Shown here in pieces: positions 53,285-62,965 of a DNA stretch of 64,000 nt; position 1 is the first letter of the stretch; the number at the start of each line of letters is the position of its first letter. A model generated the notes under the pieces. The model was not told the DNA's origin and did no database searches. It saw nothing but the letters and a program-made list of their open reading frames with translations. Location: the NCBI GenBank assembly GCA_047285535.1, contig JBJBDC010000001.1:1216136-1280135 (forward strand), given 5' to 3'. The position numbers and the translations under genes are program-made. This DNA is from Synechococcus sp. (lineage in GTDB: Bacteria > Cyanobacteriota > Cyanobacteriia > PCC-6307 > Cyanobiaceae).

Positions 53285-54262
53285 ATGAAGCACCAACTGT
53301 CCTGGTCCGAAGAAGAAGCAAAGCTGTTTCTACAGGCGATGCAAGAAGTGAGCTCTATAGGGGGCAGCTCAGACATCGAGCCAATCACCCTGGAAATGAT
53401 GGAGTCAATTCAGAAATATGTACTGAAATCAAACGTCAGAATTCAAACACTGGAACGCATTCAACCAGAAACTTTATCCAGGAAAATTCCTGAAAAAGAT
53501 AAGCGCGCGCAGCTCATCCAAATCCTGATTTTACTTCCTTATGTCGACATGAAGGTAGACCCTGAAATGATATCAATAGTGGACAATTTTGCAAACCATT
53601 TAGATGTTCACCCACAAACCATCAAAGACTTACATCAAGTTCGCGACAATCACATGAAGCGGCTTTTGTTTGATTACGGGAGAAGAAGCTTAGGAGAATT
53701 TCTAGGTCTCAACTCGCCATCGAAAGTTGTAAAAGGCGTGATCACAATGTTTCACCAAGCCATAGGAGATAGTGCTGTCTCTAAAAAATATCAAGCTCTA
53801 GAGACCTATCCAGAAAACAGTCTTGGGCATACAATTTTCCATTGGTATCGCGATCGCAAGTGGGCACTACCAGGAGAGAAAAAAAGTACATCTGAATTAA
53901 TTTTAAATCATGACTGTTGTCATATCCTCGGAGGATTTAACACTGACGTCAGTGGTGAAATGAATGTCGCCGCTTTTCAAGCGGGACTATTTGATGATGG
54001 ATTTGGGTTCGAATCTCTTCTGGAAGTAATACTTGACTTTCACCTAGGAAAAGCTTTCAGCACCGTTGGAAATATCATTCCACCATCAAAAGGCGCTTTT
54101 TGTCCTGATGATGCGATGGCAGGCTATGAAAAGGGCCTTGCCTGCAACACAAATCTCATAAAAGACCTTGACTTCTGGTCTGTAGCCCATGAATCTGTTT
54201 ACGTATTACGGCAAAAATATGAGATACCTCCATCCCCAGGCCCAATCTTGATTAAACCCTAA
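53285..54262 (+). CDS. Hypothetical protein with TerB-like N-terminus and Coq4-like C-terminus
   Basis: YPENSLG and HDCCHILGGFNTDVSGE (HDxxH-x11-E). The ORF track starts at 53219, but ATG 53285 is more likely. Confidence 0.65.
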   Translation: MKHQLSWSEEEAKLFLQAMQEVSSIGGSSDIEPITLEMMESIQKYVLKSNVRIQTLERIQPETLSRKIPEKDKRAQLIQILILLPYVDMKVDPEMISIVDNFANHLDVHPQTIKDLHQVRDNHMKRLLFDYGRRSLGEFLGLNSPSKVVKGVITMFHQAIGDSAVSKKYQALETYPENSLGHTIFHWYRDRKWALPGEKKSTSELILNHDCCHILGGFNTDVSGEMNVAAFQAGLFDDGFGFESLLEVILDFHLGKAFSTVGNIIPPSKGAFCPDDAMAGYEKGLACNTNLIKDLDFWSVAHESVYVLRQKYEIPPSPGPILIKP

Positions 54263-54269
54263 GCAAAAT

Positions 54270-54312
54270 ATTCAAAGTCAATCGTGGGGTAAACCCACGA
54301 TTGACTTTGAAT
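54270..54312. terminator. Perfect 19-bp hairpin between convergent genes, likely a bidirectional terminator
   Basis: attcaaagtcaatcgtggg-gtaaa-cccacgattgactttgaat. Confidence 0.8.
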
Positions 54313-54332
54313 GAGGAGGTCTTAAAAGTAAT

Positions 54333-54920
54333 TTAATCGACCAACTTAGGGTCAATCTCGGCCATATATCGATCTTCGCAGCTCTTGATAATCTCCACAG
54401 CTTTTTCAACGCCAAAGAAGCCATTAACCGAACAAGTTCCTGGCTTTTTCAGATCTTTATAATGCTCCCAATAATAAGTGGTTTCTTTCTTCCATTGCTC
54501 ACCAAGATCTTCAAAGCTCTTGATGTGATCAACACGCTTATCATCTGCCAAGACTGCGATCACCTTGTCATCAACTTCACCACCATCATCAAAGGTCATA
54601 ATCCCGATAATCCGTGCTTCAACAACCGAGCCAGAAATCAAGGGTTCGGTCACATTCACAATCTCAATGTCAAGGGGGTCTCCGTCTTCATCCCAGGTGC
54701 GAGGAATACAGCCATAGGCGAAGGGATAAGCCAGAGAGGAGTAACCAACTCGATCCAGCTTGAGATGACCTGTTTCCGTAATCAGCTCGTACTTATTGAT
54801 TGTGTTGGAATTCAGCTCCACGATGGTATTGAGCCGAAGCTCAGCCTCATCAGCAAAGGCCGGCAGCACGTGAAGCAAATTGGGCATGCTGCGGCTTGGA
54901 GCCTGGTCGAGGTTGGCCAT
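54333..54920 (-). CDS. ppa: Family I inorganic pyrophosphatase (copy 2)
   Basis: NKYE, LKLDRV, YPFAYGCIPRTWDEDGDPLD and DDGGEVDDKVIAV. Confidence 0.93.
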   Translation of the reverse strand: MANLDQAPSRSMPNLLHVLPAFADEAELRLNTIVELNSNTINKYELITETGHLKLDRVGYSSLAYPFAYGCIPRTWDEDGDPLDIEIVNVTEPLISGSVVEARIIGIMTFDDGGEVDDKVIAVLADDKRVDHIKSFEDLGEQWKKETTYYWEHYKDLKKPGTCSVNGFFGVEKAVEIIKSCEDRYMAEIDPKLVD

Positions 54921-55017
54921 GAAGGAGGACGATCAGCGCCGAAATCCTACGGGGTGATTGCACGCCAACCAGCAAGCACGTAATTTAACAGCAAAGCAAC
55001 CATTTCGTATCAAACTC

Positions 55018-56544
55018 CTAGGCGACAGCCTGAACCATTCCAAGTTTTTCCTCAAGGTAAAGAAGAAAAGGTTCCGAGCCAAGCGGTTTCCCACTCACTT
55101 GCTGAACAAGTTGTTCCGCATTCAGAGCACGACCAATGGGATGCACATGTTGACGCAACCAGTCCAGCAGCGACGAAACATTACACCTGGCCACATGCTT
55201 TTCTGGTGGCCCGATTGCAGCGGCCATCGCCTCACTGAGCTGAGCGCTGATGAGATGGCCCAGTAAATAAGAGGGGAAATACCCAAATAGACCTTCACTC
55301 CAGTGAACATCCTGCAAACACCCCTCCGCGTCATTGGCTGGTGACACCCCCAGGAGTTCTTCATAACGGCGATTCCATTCCGCTGGAAGCTCCTCCACCG
55401 CAAGTCCCTGCTCCAGCAAAGCAATTTCAAGATCCGTGCGAATCATGATGTGCAGTCCGTAGCTCAGCTCATCAGCCTCCACTCGATTCAAGCCCGGAGC
55501 CATAGGATTCATGGCCTTCCACAGAGCATCTGCCGATGTCAGCGGTGCACCAGCAGCCGCGAAATCCTCCCACCACAGCTGGGCAAACGGCTGACTTCTC
55601 GCCACTCGATTTTCCCAAAACAGAGACTGACTTTCATGGACGGCCATGGATGTTGCCTGCCCCAGAGGCCAGGCAAACCATTGATGCTTCTGATCAGGAA
55701 GACCCTGCTCGTAAAGAGAATGGCCCCACTCATGCGCTGTGGCCAAGAAGCAAGAGAGCGGTTGGCCAGGCACAACTCTTGTCGTGATTCTGTAGTCGCT
55801 TGGACCGAGCGTGATCGAGAACGGATGAGGAGAGCGCGCTACACAAGTGATGGATTCATCTCGTCCCCAAGACCTCAACAACTTGTTGCAGAGTTGTTGC
55901 TGTGCCGTTTCCGACAGGTCCCAACTCAGCTCCCGTTGGCGTGGGTCTCCCCCAGCTTTCCTTAGCAACTCTGGCAAACGCTTGCGAAGCGGAGCAAACA
56001 GCTCTTGCAATCGCTGCAGTGTGAGATCGGGCTCAAACGGCTGAGCCAAGGTTTCCCAACAACTGCGCGGTTCAGCCAACTGCCGAGCCTGCTCCTGACG
56101 CAAGCGAATCATGGTTCGCAGCGACGGAGCAAACAAACTGAAATCGGAATCAGCACGAGCCTGTTGCCAGTTGTTGTATCCATCGGCCTTGGCCATAGCC
56201 AAAGCAGAAACCAAATCAGGGTCTAATGCTTCTTGGCGTTCCAGATCCTGCTCAAGCAGATCAAGATTTCGGCCGCGAGCCAAGCGATCACTCGAAGAGA
56301 GGGAATGGCCTAGCTGTTGCCATTCGCCCCTGGCCTCGCGAATGAGATCGGCATACTCCTGTGAGCTTTGCCTGGAGTGCAACTGCATGGCGAGCAACGC
56401 CAACTGCTCTCCACGCCAGGCCGCTCCTCCTGAGGGCATACGGGTGTTCTGATCCCAATAAAGAGTGCTCTGAATGGAACCAGTGATTTTGGTTTGATGC
56501 AGGTAATCGCCTAACCGATCCCAGGCCGTTGTCCTGGATCCCAT
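55018..56544 (-). CDS. Carboxypeptidase Taq (M32) metallopeptidase
   Basis: HPF, HEWGHSLYEQ, HESQSLFWE, RVEADE, GCLQDVHW and GYFPSY. Confidence 0.96.
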   Translation of the reverse strand: MGSRTTAWDRLGDYLHQTKITGSIQSTLYWDQNTRMPSGGAAWRGEQLALLAMQLHSRQSSQEYADLIREARGEWQQLGHSLSSSDRLARGRNLDLLEQDLERQEALDPDLVSALAMAKADGYNNWQQARADSDFSLFAPSLRTMIRLRQEQARQLAEPRSCWETLAQPFEPDLTLQRLQELFAPLRKRLPELLRKAGGDPRQRELSWDLSETAQQQLCNKLLRSWGRDESITCVARSPHPFSITLGPSDYRITTRVVPGQPLSCFLATAHEWGHSLYEQGLPDQKHQWFAWPLGQATSMAVHESQSLFWENRVARSQPFAQLWWEDFAAAGAPLTSADALWKAMNPMAPGLNRVEADELSYGLHIMIRTDLEIALLEQGLAVEELPAEWNRRYEELLGVSPANDAEGCLQDVHWSEGLFGYFPSYLLGHLISAQLSEAMAAAIGPPEKHVARCNVSSLLDWLRQHVHPIGRALNAEQLVQQVSGKPLGSEPFLLYLEEKLGMVQAVA

Positions 56545-56711
56545 CTGGGCTCCAACTCTTGTTGAACCTTATCCAGCTCCGTGGTTGAAGGCGATGCCCA
56601 CACAACAAATGCGTAGCCGGTTTGCCCCTCACGATCAGTTTCGATAACTAATCCAGAGGTCATCAACACATGCTCAAAGCTCGCCTTGATGCCTATAGAC
56701 ACGAGGAACAA
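56511..56711 (-). CDS. Small hypothetical protein
   Basis: Short ORF that fills the gap in a minus-strand run; start uncertain. Confidence 0.4.
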   Translation of the reverse strand: MFLVSIGIKASFEHVLMTSGLVIETDREGQTGYAFVVWASPSTTELDKVQQELEPRWDPGQRPGIG

Positions 56712-56925
56712 ACACTAAAAAGACTAACCACCAACCCAAAACCGCGAGGACGACAGGTGCAGTGAACCAGAGTTTCTGAAAAAGAATCCAGCTGCCGATT
56801 GAAATCAAAACACCTGTCAATACAATGCTCCAAGGCTGACACCACCAAGGCTTAAGAGACCAAAACGCAACGGGTTCTTGAGTCATAACAGCTCTACTTT
56901 TCCCTGCAATAACCAGCACCAACAT
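56674..56925 (-). CDS. Small two-TM membrane protein
   Basis: FWSLKPWWCQPWSIVLTG followed by two hydrophobic helices. Confidence 0.75.
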   Translation of the reverse strand: MLVLVIAGKSRAVMTQEPVAFWSLKPWWCQPWSIVLTGVLISIGSWILFQKLWFTAPVVLAVLGWWLVFLVFVPRVYRHQGEL

Positions 56926-57127
56926 TCATCCAGCCTGAATCACAAGCCTCCCCATTTGTAAGACGCATTTTATAATAAATGGGAGAAACACATGTCGTAC
57001 CAAGAGTGTTGACATAACCCAAGGGACATTGGTTGTGGCCTTTTGCTTTTGGAATCCTTTTTTGCGACCAAGCGTTCGATGGGACGATCAAGCCAAACAA
57101 CAAACCAAAAGCAAACAAGCGACCCAT
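56894..57127 (-). CDS. Small secreted 4-Cys protein (paralog A)
   Basis: Signal peptide; CPLGYV...C...CDSGWMNVGAGYC. Confidence 0.78.
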   Translation of the reverse strand: MGRLFAFGLLFGLIVPSNAWSQKRIPKAKGHNQCPLGYVNTLGTTCVSPIYYKMRLTNGEACDSGWMNVGAGYCREK

Positions 57128-57190
57128 TGAATTGTGATCAGCTTTCTTAAGCTTAGTGATGAAATGAGAGTCCAGCAGAAAGCGACTGAA

Positions 57191-57478
57191 TTATTTTTTT
57201 CGACAGTAGCCACCTCCTACATCTTCCCAACCCATGGGGCAAGACTTCCCTTCTTTGGACTGTACGGTGTGCGTGATCAAACCAAGCGTGCTGCATTTTC
57301 CATTCAGCATGTCGACATAACCCAAAGGGCAAAGGCTGTCGATCTTTTTCACAATCCGCTGAGATGAGGCGGGAGGCACCTGCCAGGCCAAACCCCCCAA
57401 GGCAGCCATAGCTATCAACAATCCTATGCCCCGAAGATGAAAGGAGGAGAACCGATCAATCAACGGCGTCATGGGCAC
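57191..57478 (-). CDS. Small secreted 4-Cys protein (paralog B)
   Basis: Signal peptide; CPLGYV...C...CPMGWEDVGGGYC. Confidence 0.78.
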   Translation of the reverse strand: MPMTPLIDRFSSFHLRGIGLLIAMAALGGLAWQVPPASSQRIVKKIDSLCPLGYVDMLNGKCSTLGLITHTVQSKEGKSCPMGWEDVGGGYCRKK

Positions 57479-57563
57479 TCAAAACGCTCTACGAACATTA
57501 AAGGCAATGACCACTCGATTTATATCCTGAATCAAAGTAAAAGCACAAGATTCTGTTTGATCC

Positions 57564-57881
57564 ATGTCAAAGCAAGCCGTTTTGCTCGATGAAACTGCAC
57601 GGAAGAGCCTCCATGCCTCTTGTCCTGACTGGAGCATCGGCTCTAGTGCGTTGGAAAGAGAGTGGCACTTCCACTCCTTCATAGAAGCCTTCGGATTCAT
57701 GACACAAGTCGCACTCCTGGCAGAACAAGCCAACCACCATCCTGAGTGGAGCAATGTTTACAACCGTGTCACCATTCGACTGACAACGCATGACCTGGGC
57801 GGACTCTCCAGCCGCGATGCCGATTTAGCCCAAGCCATTGATGCTCTGTCTCACAATTTTCAAATCCGACCATGTCAGTAA
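57564..57881 (+). CDS. Pterin-4-alpha-carbinolamine dehydratase
   Basis: [17 protein letters not shown] and [10 protein letters not shown]. Confidence 0.95.
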   Translation: MSKQAVLLDETARKSLHASCPDWSIGSSALEREWHFHSFIEAFGFMTQVALLAEQANHHPEWSNVYNRVTIRLTTHDLGGLSSRDADLAQAIDALSHNFQIRPCQ

Positions 57882-58716
57882 CTGCTTCCAACCAGAGGAT
57901 TGAGGCCAAGGGCATATCCGTCTCCATTCTCACTGGATTTTTAGGAGCCGGAAAGACAACACTTCTGAACCATATTCTCAGCAATCATGAGGGTCTAAAG
58001 ACTGCGGTTCTCGTGAATGATTTCGGAGACATTGGGATCGACAACGATCTGATCGTAAGCACTAGTGAAAACATGCTGAAGCTCAGTAATGGCGGCTGCA
58101 GATGCTGAACCATCACCGGAGAGTTACTTGAGGCAATAAGGCAAATCTGGAGCGCACTGACCAATTGAATTTCCTGATGATAGAGACAACAGACCTTGTT
58201 TCAAACGAGCGGGGCAAACAAGTTGAAGCAACACCACGTGACATCAAAAAAAATGCCCGAATTATTCATGCTTTAAAAGGAGATGTTCCCCTACCTCTAT
58301 GGATGAGTGTTGGCTTGTTTGAAATTGATTGTATTGCCAACACAGCAGATCTTGCTCACAGCCATCACGATCACAGCCATCACGATCACAGCCAGGCGGA
58401 CCACCTCGACATCGATAGCTACACCTTCCTGTCGTTCAGCAGTGATGGCTCTTTTGCCCTCCGTAAAGTCCAAAATTTTCTCTACAAAAAATTACGCGAA
58501 AGTGTGTTTCGAGCCAAAGGCATCCTGTGGTTCAAAGAAAGCGAAAAACACCATATTTTCCATTTGGCCGACAAACGCTTTTGCATCGACAACAGCGACT
58601 GGGAGGGTGATCGCAGAAACAAGCTGGTTTTAATTGGTCAAGACATGGATCAAGATGTCCTTAGGAAACAACTACAAAACTGTGACTTTAAAGATTCCGA
58701 CCCAAGGATTCAGTAA
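57872..58716 (+). pseudogene. cobW: CobW/COG0523 GTPase metallochaperone pseudogene
   Basis: [17 protein letters not shown] and VNDFG; TGA at the last Cys of CxCC; frameshift near 58147; internal deletion (IETT joined to DLVS); His-rich linker; FRAKGILW CobW C-terminal domain. Confidence 0.9.
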
Positions 58717-59943
58717 GTGACCAGTGAAGCTATAAATGTTGCGCTCAGCAGCGCCCTCATCGGAGGTATAGCAGGGGCTTTGGGGGCATGGCTCATGCTG
58801 CTGATTGACTGGATGACAACACTGGGTTGGGGACCTGAGGTCTTGATGGGCTTCCCATCGAAAACCCCCATAGCTTTACAACTGGCTTTCCCTTTGCTGA
58901 TCGGATTGATCATTGGAGTCCTTCGCCTACGCGGAGCGGAACCCCTACCCGAACTGCACGCCACGATCGAGGAACTGCATCAGCAAGGCGGCATCAAGGT
59001 GTCAAAGCACAGAAGCCATCTATTACTTGGACTCCTGGCACTGATTGGAGGAGGAACGATAGGACCTGAAGCTCTGCTCAGTCGTGCACTAGCTGAATGG
59101 AGCGTGAGCCTCTCACGCTGGCGTTGGCTCAGCACTCTGCCGTCTCGAGCCAGCTGCTCTGTCAGCGGAGTCTTAGGACTTTTTGGTCTGCCTCTCATCG
59201 GTGGAATCGCCTTGGCCGAGCGACCTGATCAGCCATTGCCTGCTGGTTTATGGCGCTGGCTCCCCGGACTGTCCAGTGGTATTGCCGGATTTGCTGTGTT
59301 TCAAGGGTTGACCCGCTTTGGGAGCGGAGAGGAGGGAGTTCCTTACCTATGGCCCACTAATGGCCATCAACTTTTGACCCATTTGATCTGGGCGGTCCTG
59401 CTGGGCATTCTCGGCGGTGGGCTTGGACTTGTGTTCCTGCGCTGGAGAAGGGTCTGTGAGTCTGGGCTGCAAACGCGTCTTCCGAACCCCTTAAGCCAAG
59501 CGATCCTCACTGGGTTGATCATCGCAATGATCAGCCAGTTACAGCCTTTGGCGCTGTTTTCTGGTGAACAACAAATCACTCCCCTTCTTCAACAAGATCT
59601 TGCTTTGAGTGGAGGTGGCTTGATCTTATTGGGGGTCGTTAAGTTGGCGAGCTGCGGCCTATGCCTAAGCAGTGGATGGATTGGCGGACTTTTCTTCCCT
59701 CTCATTTTTTCAGCCTGCTCGATTGCTCAGGGATTAGCCCTTGTCTGGCCAGATCTCATACCCGGTCAGGTAGCCGTTAGCAGCATGGCAGCAGCGATCC
59801 AAAGTGCCGTTTTAGGTCAAGCGCTCCTTCCCATTCTCATCACGGCAGGAGTTCTCAAAGGTCATGCCGTGTCAGGCATCATGATGGGAAGCGTAATGGG
59901 ATTGGGCGTGAGGCAGCTTTCATTTATCAGAAGGTCTGACTAG
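58717..59943 (+). CDS. ClC chloride-channel superfamily membrane protein (YfeO-like)
   Basis: Many TM helices; GGTIGPEA, FSGEQQI and GWIGGLFFP. Confidence 0.85.
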   Translation: MTSEAINVALSSALIGGIAGALGAWLMLLIDWMTTLGWGPEVLMGFPSKTPIALQLAFPLLIGLIIGVLRLRGAEPLPELHATIEELHQQGGIKVSKHRSHLLLGLLALIGGGTIGPEALLSRALAEWSVSLSRWRWLSTLPSRASCSVSGVLGLFGLPLIGGIALAERPDQPLPAGLWRWLPGLSSGIAGFAVFQGLTRFGSGEEGVPYLWPTNGHQLLTHLIWAVLLGILGGGLGLVFLRWRRVCESGLQTRLPNPLSQAILTGLIIAMISQLQPLALFSGEQQITPLLQQDLALSGGGLILLGVVKLASCGLCLSSGWIGGLFFPLIFSACSIAQGLALVWPDLIPGQVAVSSMAAAIQSAVLGQALLPILITAGVLKGHAVSGIMMGSVMGLGVRQLSFIRRSD

Positions 59944-59967
59944 TATTGAAAAAATCTCGGATTAACA

Positions 59968-60114
59968 ATGCTGGAGCTCACGCTTCTTGGAGCATGTTTC
60001 CTTCTTATTGGCATTCTCCTTTGGGCTTCAGGATTTTCTGATGATGACGACAATAGCGATAGTGGTTTGATGGAACCAGTTCTCGTACCGATCCCCGTTC
60101 GCGATAGACGTTAA
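59968..60114 (+). CDS. 48-aa single-TM small protein (below the ORF-track cutoff)
   Basis: MLELTLLGACFLLIGILLWASGFSDDDDNSDSGLMEPVLVPIPVRDRR. Confidence 0.7.
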   Translation: MLELTLLGACFLLIGILLWASGFSDDDDNSDSGLMEPVLVPIPVRDRR

Positions 60115-60438
60115 CTCTTAGATCATCCAAACTCTCATTTGAATCTCGATAATGTAACTTTTGATCCAATCATCTCCTTAGTAGATCACTGAGGAACGAT
60201 ATGTACAGAGATGCTGGGACATTCTTGAATCATTCACAACAATCAAACGTCTTAGATTACACTCATCAAGTTGACAGGCATTGGCATGTGATATTTGAGG
60301 CCATTACTGTTGATGCCATCGAATGATTACGCTCTGATGGAGACTGATCAAGCACACAGAATTTGATCTTGACCGACACAATGCGACTGTTTCATCAAGT
60401 TAATACCGCCTTCAAATGATCAGAAATAACGGCAGGCA

Positions 60439-61998
60439 ATGAGCGCTCCCTTTTTAACAACCACCCCCCCCCGCTACGGCAGGCAATGGCAGCAGGGTAG
60501 AACCCTGCTGGCGGTTCTTGCATGCCTGCTAGCAGCTCTAGCTCTCCTTCCCTTAGGGGGGTTGCTCGGAGAAGGACTTCGGGGATTGATTAATGGCACA
60601 GCAAGCCTCGGTGCTGATGGCTTGATTCAAATCCGAGGGACCGCGGTTCTACTGCTTGGCACAGCAAGCCTGGGTGCCGTTGTTGGCTCAGCAAACGGCT
60701 GGCTCCTCGCCAACTGCCGCTTTCCAGGTCGACGATTCCTTCGGATCGCCCAACTGCTACCACTCGCCAGCCCTTCTTACCTACTAGCTGCAACCCTTGT
60801 TGATTTAGGCAGCATCCATGGAATCCGCATCCATGGCATGAACTGGGGCGTGCTTGTCATGGCCTTAAGCACCTACCCATACGTTTTTCTTTTAAGCACT
60901 GAAAGCTTCAGCATCTGCGGCCGCCGTCAACTAGAGGCATGTCGCTGCTTGGGAGTGGGCCCTTGGGAAAGCTTTCGACGCATCGCCTTACCGATGGCCC
61001 TCCCTGCCATCGGCGCTGGAATTGCGTTAATGGGAATGGAAATTGTCAACGAGCTTGGAGCCGTACAGCTGTTGGGTATACCAAGCCTTTCAGCTGGAAT
61101 TCTCCAAGCTTGGCAACTCGAAGGCAACCCAGCAGGCGCAGTGGGACTTGCCTTAGTCACATTGATCATCGTGACTGCGCTGGTGGTATGGGAACGCAGA
61201 CTGCGCAGTCGCAGTCGTCGATGGAGCGAAGGACTAAGCGGTGGAGAATCACCAGATTGGCCCCTAACTGGAACGAGGGCATTCGCAGCTCAGTCCTTGG
61301 GATGCATTCCACCGTTTCTAAGCCTTGGCACACCACTGATCTGGGCTTTTTTCAACTTGGATCAACTCAAGAGGGGTTTCCAACCGGAGCTCTTTCTTCT
61401 GACTTTTCGCAGTCTGGGGCTAGGCCTAGCAGCTGCCGGCCTTGCATTGGCAGCTGCTTTGATTCTTGCGATTACGAAGCGTTGGAGCACTGCTCCTTGG
61501 CTGCACAGCCTCACCTTTCTCGCAGGGCTCGGGTATGCAATTCCAGGAGCAGTGCTTGCCCTTGCCTTACTGATCCTTGGTGGTCCATGGCAGCTCTCAC
61601 CGATCCTGCTTTTGATGTGGGGCTACAGCGATCGCTTTCTTGCAGTCGCAAAAGGGGGCCTGGATGCCGCCTTGGAACGGATGTCGCCAAGTCTTGACGA
61701 AGCAGCCACTGGCCTGGGCTGCAACTGGCCTGATGTTCTACGTCGGATTCACATTCCATTACTAAGAGGGCCACTGGCAGTGGGAGCACTGCTCGTCTTT
61801 GTCGACACGGTCAAAGAACTACCTCTGACATTTGCTTTGAGACCCTTTGATTTCGACACCCTTTCGGTTCGAGTGTTTCAGTACGCCAGCGACGAGAGAC
61901 TCGCGGCAGCACTGTGGCCGGCACTGATGATCCTTGGCCTCGGGCTCATCGCTTCAGCAGCCCTTGTGCCAGGCCTTGAACATCGTTCGAATGCATAA
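60439..61998 (+). CDS. futB: Fe(III) ABC transporter permease
   Basis: Duplicated permease domains with EAA loops (LEACRCLG and LDEAATGLG), YPYVFL and KELPLT..LRPF. Confidence 0.9.
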   Translation: MSAPFLTTTPPRYGRQWQQGRTLLAVLACLLAALALLPLGGLLGEGLRGLINGTASLGADGLIQIRGTAVLLLGTASLGAVVGSANGWLLANCRFPGRRFLRIAQLLPLASPSYLLAATLVDLGSIHGIRIHGMNWGVLVMALSTYPYVFLLSTESFSICGRRQLEACRCLGVGPWESFRRIALPMALPAIGAGIALMGMEIVNELGAVQLLGIPSLSAGILQAWQLEGNPAGAVGLALVTLIIVTALVVWERRLRSRSRRWSEGLSGGESPDWPLTGTRAFAAQSLGCIPPFLSLGTPLIWAFFNLDQLKRGFQPELFLLTFRSLGLGLAAAGLALAAALILAITKRWSTAPWLHSLTFLAGLGYAIPGAVLALALLILGGPWQLSPILLLMWGYSDRFLAVAKGGLDAALERMSPSLDEAATGLGCNWPDVLRRIHIPLLRGPLAVGALLVFVDTVKELPLTFALRPFDFDTLSVRVFQYASDERLAAALWPALMILGLGLIASAALVPGLEHRSNA

Positions 61999-62029
61999 CC
62001 ACTTCCATTCTTTGGAAGGCCTGAGCTGT

Positions 62030-62965
62030 TTACCACTGCAGTCGAGCTTTCACGCGTGAATCAGCAGCAATCGAACCTGCAGCAAGACAATCGGCCAGAG
62101 TTACAACTAATCGATAACTCAGGGCAACTGCAAGCAGTGGCGCTTCTGGCACCAATGTTCCCATGCGAAACAAAAGGGCAGTTTCAAACACCCCCAAACC
62201 ACCTGGAGCCGCAGGCACCACGAGACCAGCCGTCCAGGCCAGGGAGAAGGCCGCCAGCCAAAGGCCGAGAGGCTGGACGGTTCCGAGCTCGAACGTCTGC
62301 AAACAGCACCAAAATCCAGCGAATCGGCAAAGAACGAACACCATTTCCGCCACAACTGGACACCAGGGATAAGACGCTCGTCCACTGCCCAGCTCCTCCT
62401 CCTGAATGGCCGTCATCACTCCATGATCAAAGCGGGTGAGCTGGCGCAACTTATTGGTCTCTAAACGATGCAACAAGGGTTCCCTCCAGCGAGGCACCAA
62501 GAGCACAGCAGGCAGAACAGAGAGCAATGCCAAACCATCTTGAAACCCGCCAAAAGGCACCCAAAGAAGGGCAGCAACAGCCATCACCATTGGCTCCAGC
62601 AAAACCGATACCAAGGCCTTACCTCCCCCGAGATCAGGACGTAGTGCACGAAAACGTTCGAGAAAGTGCCAAATTCCGCCAGGAAGATATTTGAGCAAGT
62701 TGCTTTTTAAATAAAGCGATACCAAGGCCACGCGTTCTGGCTGATGGCCAAGCCAATGCACCAAGACTTTCCAAGCCAAGGCATTGACCACCAAGCTGAG
62801 CCAACTCAAACCAAGCCCAAATACGAGCCACCACCACCCCTGCTTGCTGATCGTGAGAGCACGCAAGCCAGACGCATGGCTGACCAGAGCCACCCCCACA
62901 AAAGCAAGCGTGACCAAGGTGATCCAAAGACGGAGGCCACCAGGCAGAGAAAGCCGTTTCAGCAT
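62030..62965 (-). CDS. UPF0104 / lysylphosphatidylglycerol synthase TM-domain protein
   Basis: KYLPGGIWH, PAAPGGLGVFE and LSYRLV. Confidence 0.85.
   Translation of the reverse strand: MLKRLSLPGGLRLWITLVTLAFVGVALVSHASGLRALTISKQGWWWLVFGLGLSWLSLVVNALAWKVLVHWLGHQPERVALVSLYLKSNLLKYLPGGIWHFLERFRALRPDLGGGKALVSVLLEPMVMAVAALLWVPFGGFQDGLALLSVLPAVLLVPRWREPLLHRLETNKLRQLTRFDHGVMTAIQEEELGSGRASYPWCPVVAEMVFVLCRFAGFWCCLQTFELGTVQPLGLWLAAFSLAWTAGLVVPAAPGGLGVFETALLFRMGTLVPEAPLLAVALSYRLVVTLADCLAAGSIAADSRVKARLQW

Noticed and set aside
58094..58111. In-frame TGA at a conserved Cys of cobW as possible selenocysteine recoding
   Set aside because: A frameshift and a large deletion follow, so it is an ordinary nonsense mutation in a pseudogene.
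60115..60438. Possible Fur box upstream of futB (gataatgtaac near 60148)
   Set aside because: Only a half-site match with no convincing palindrome.
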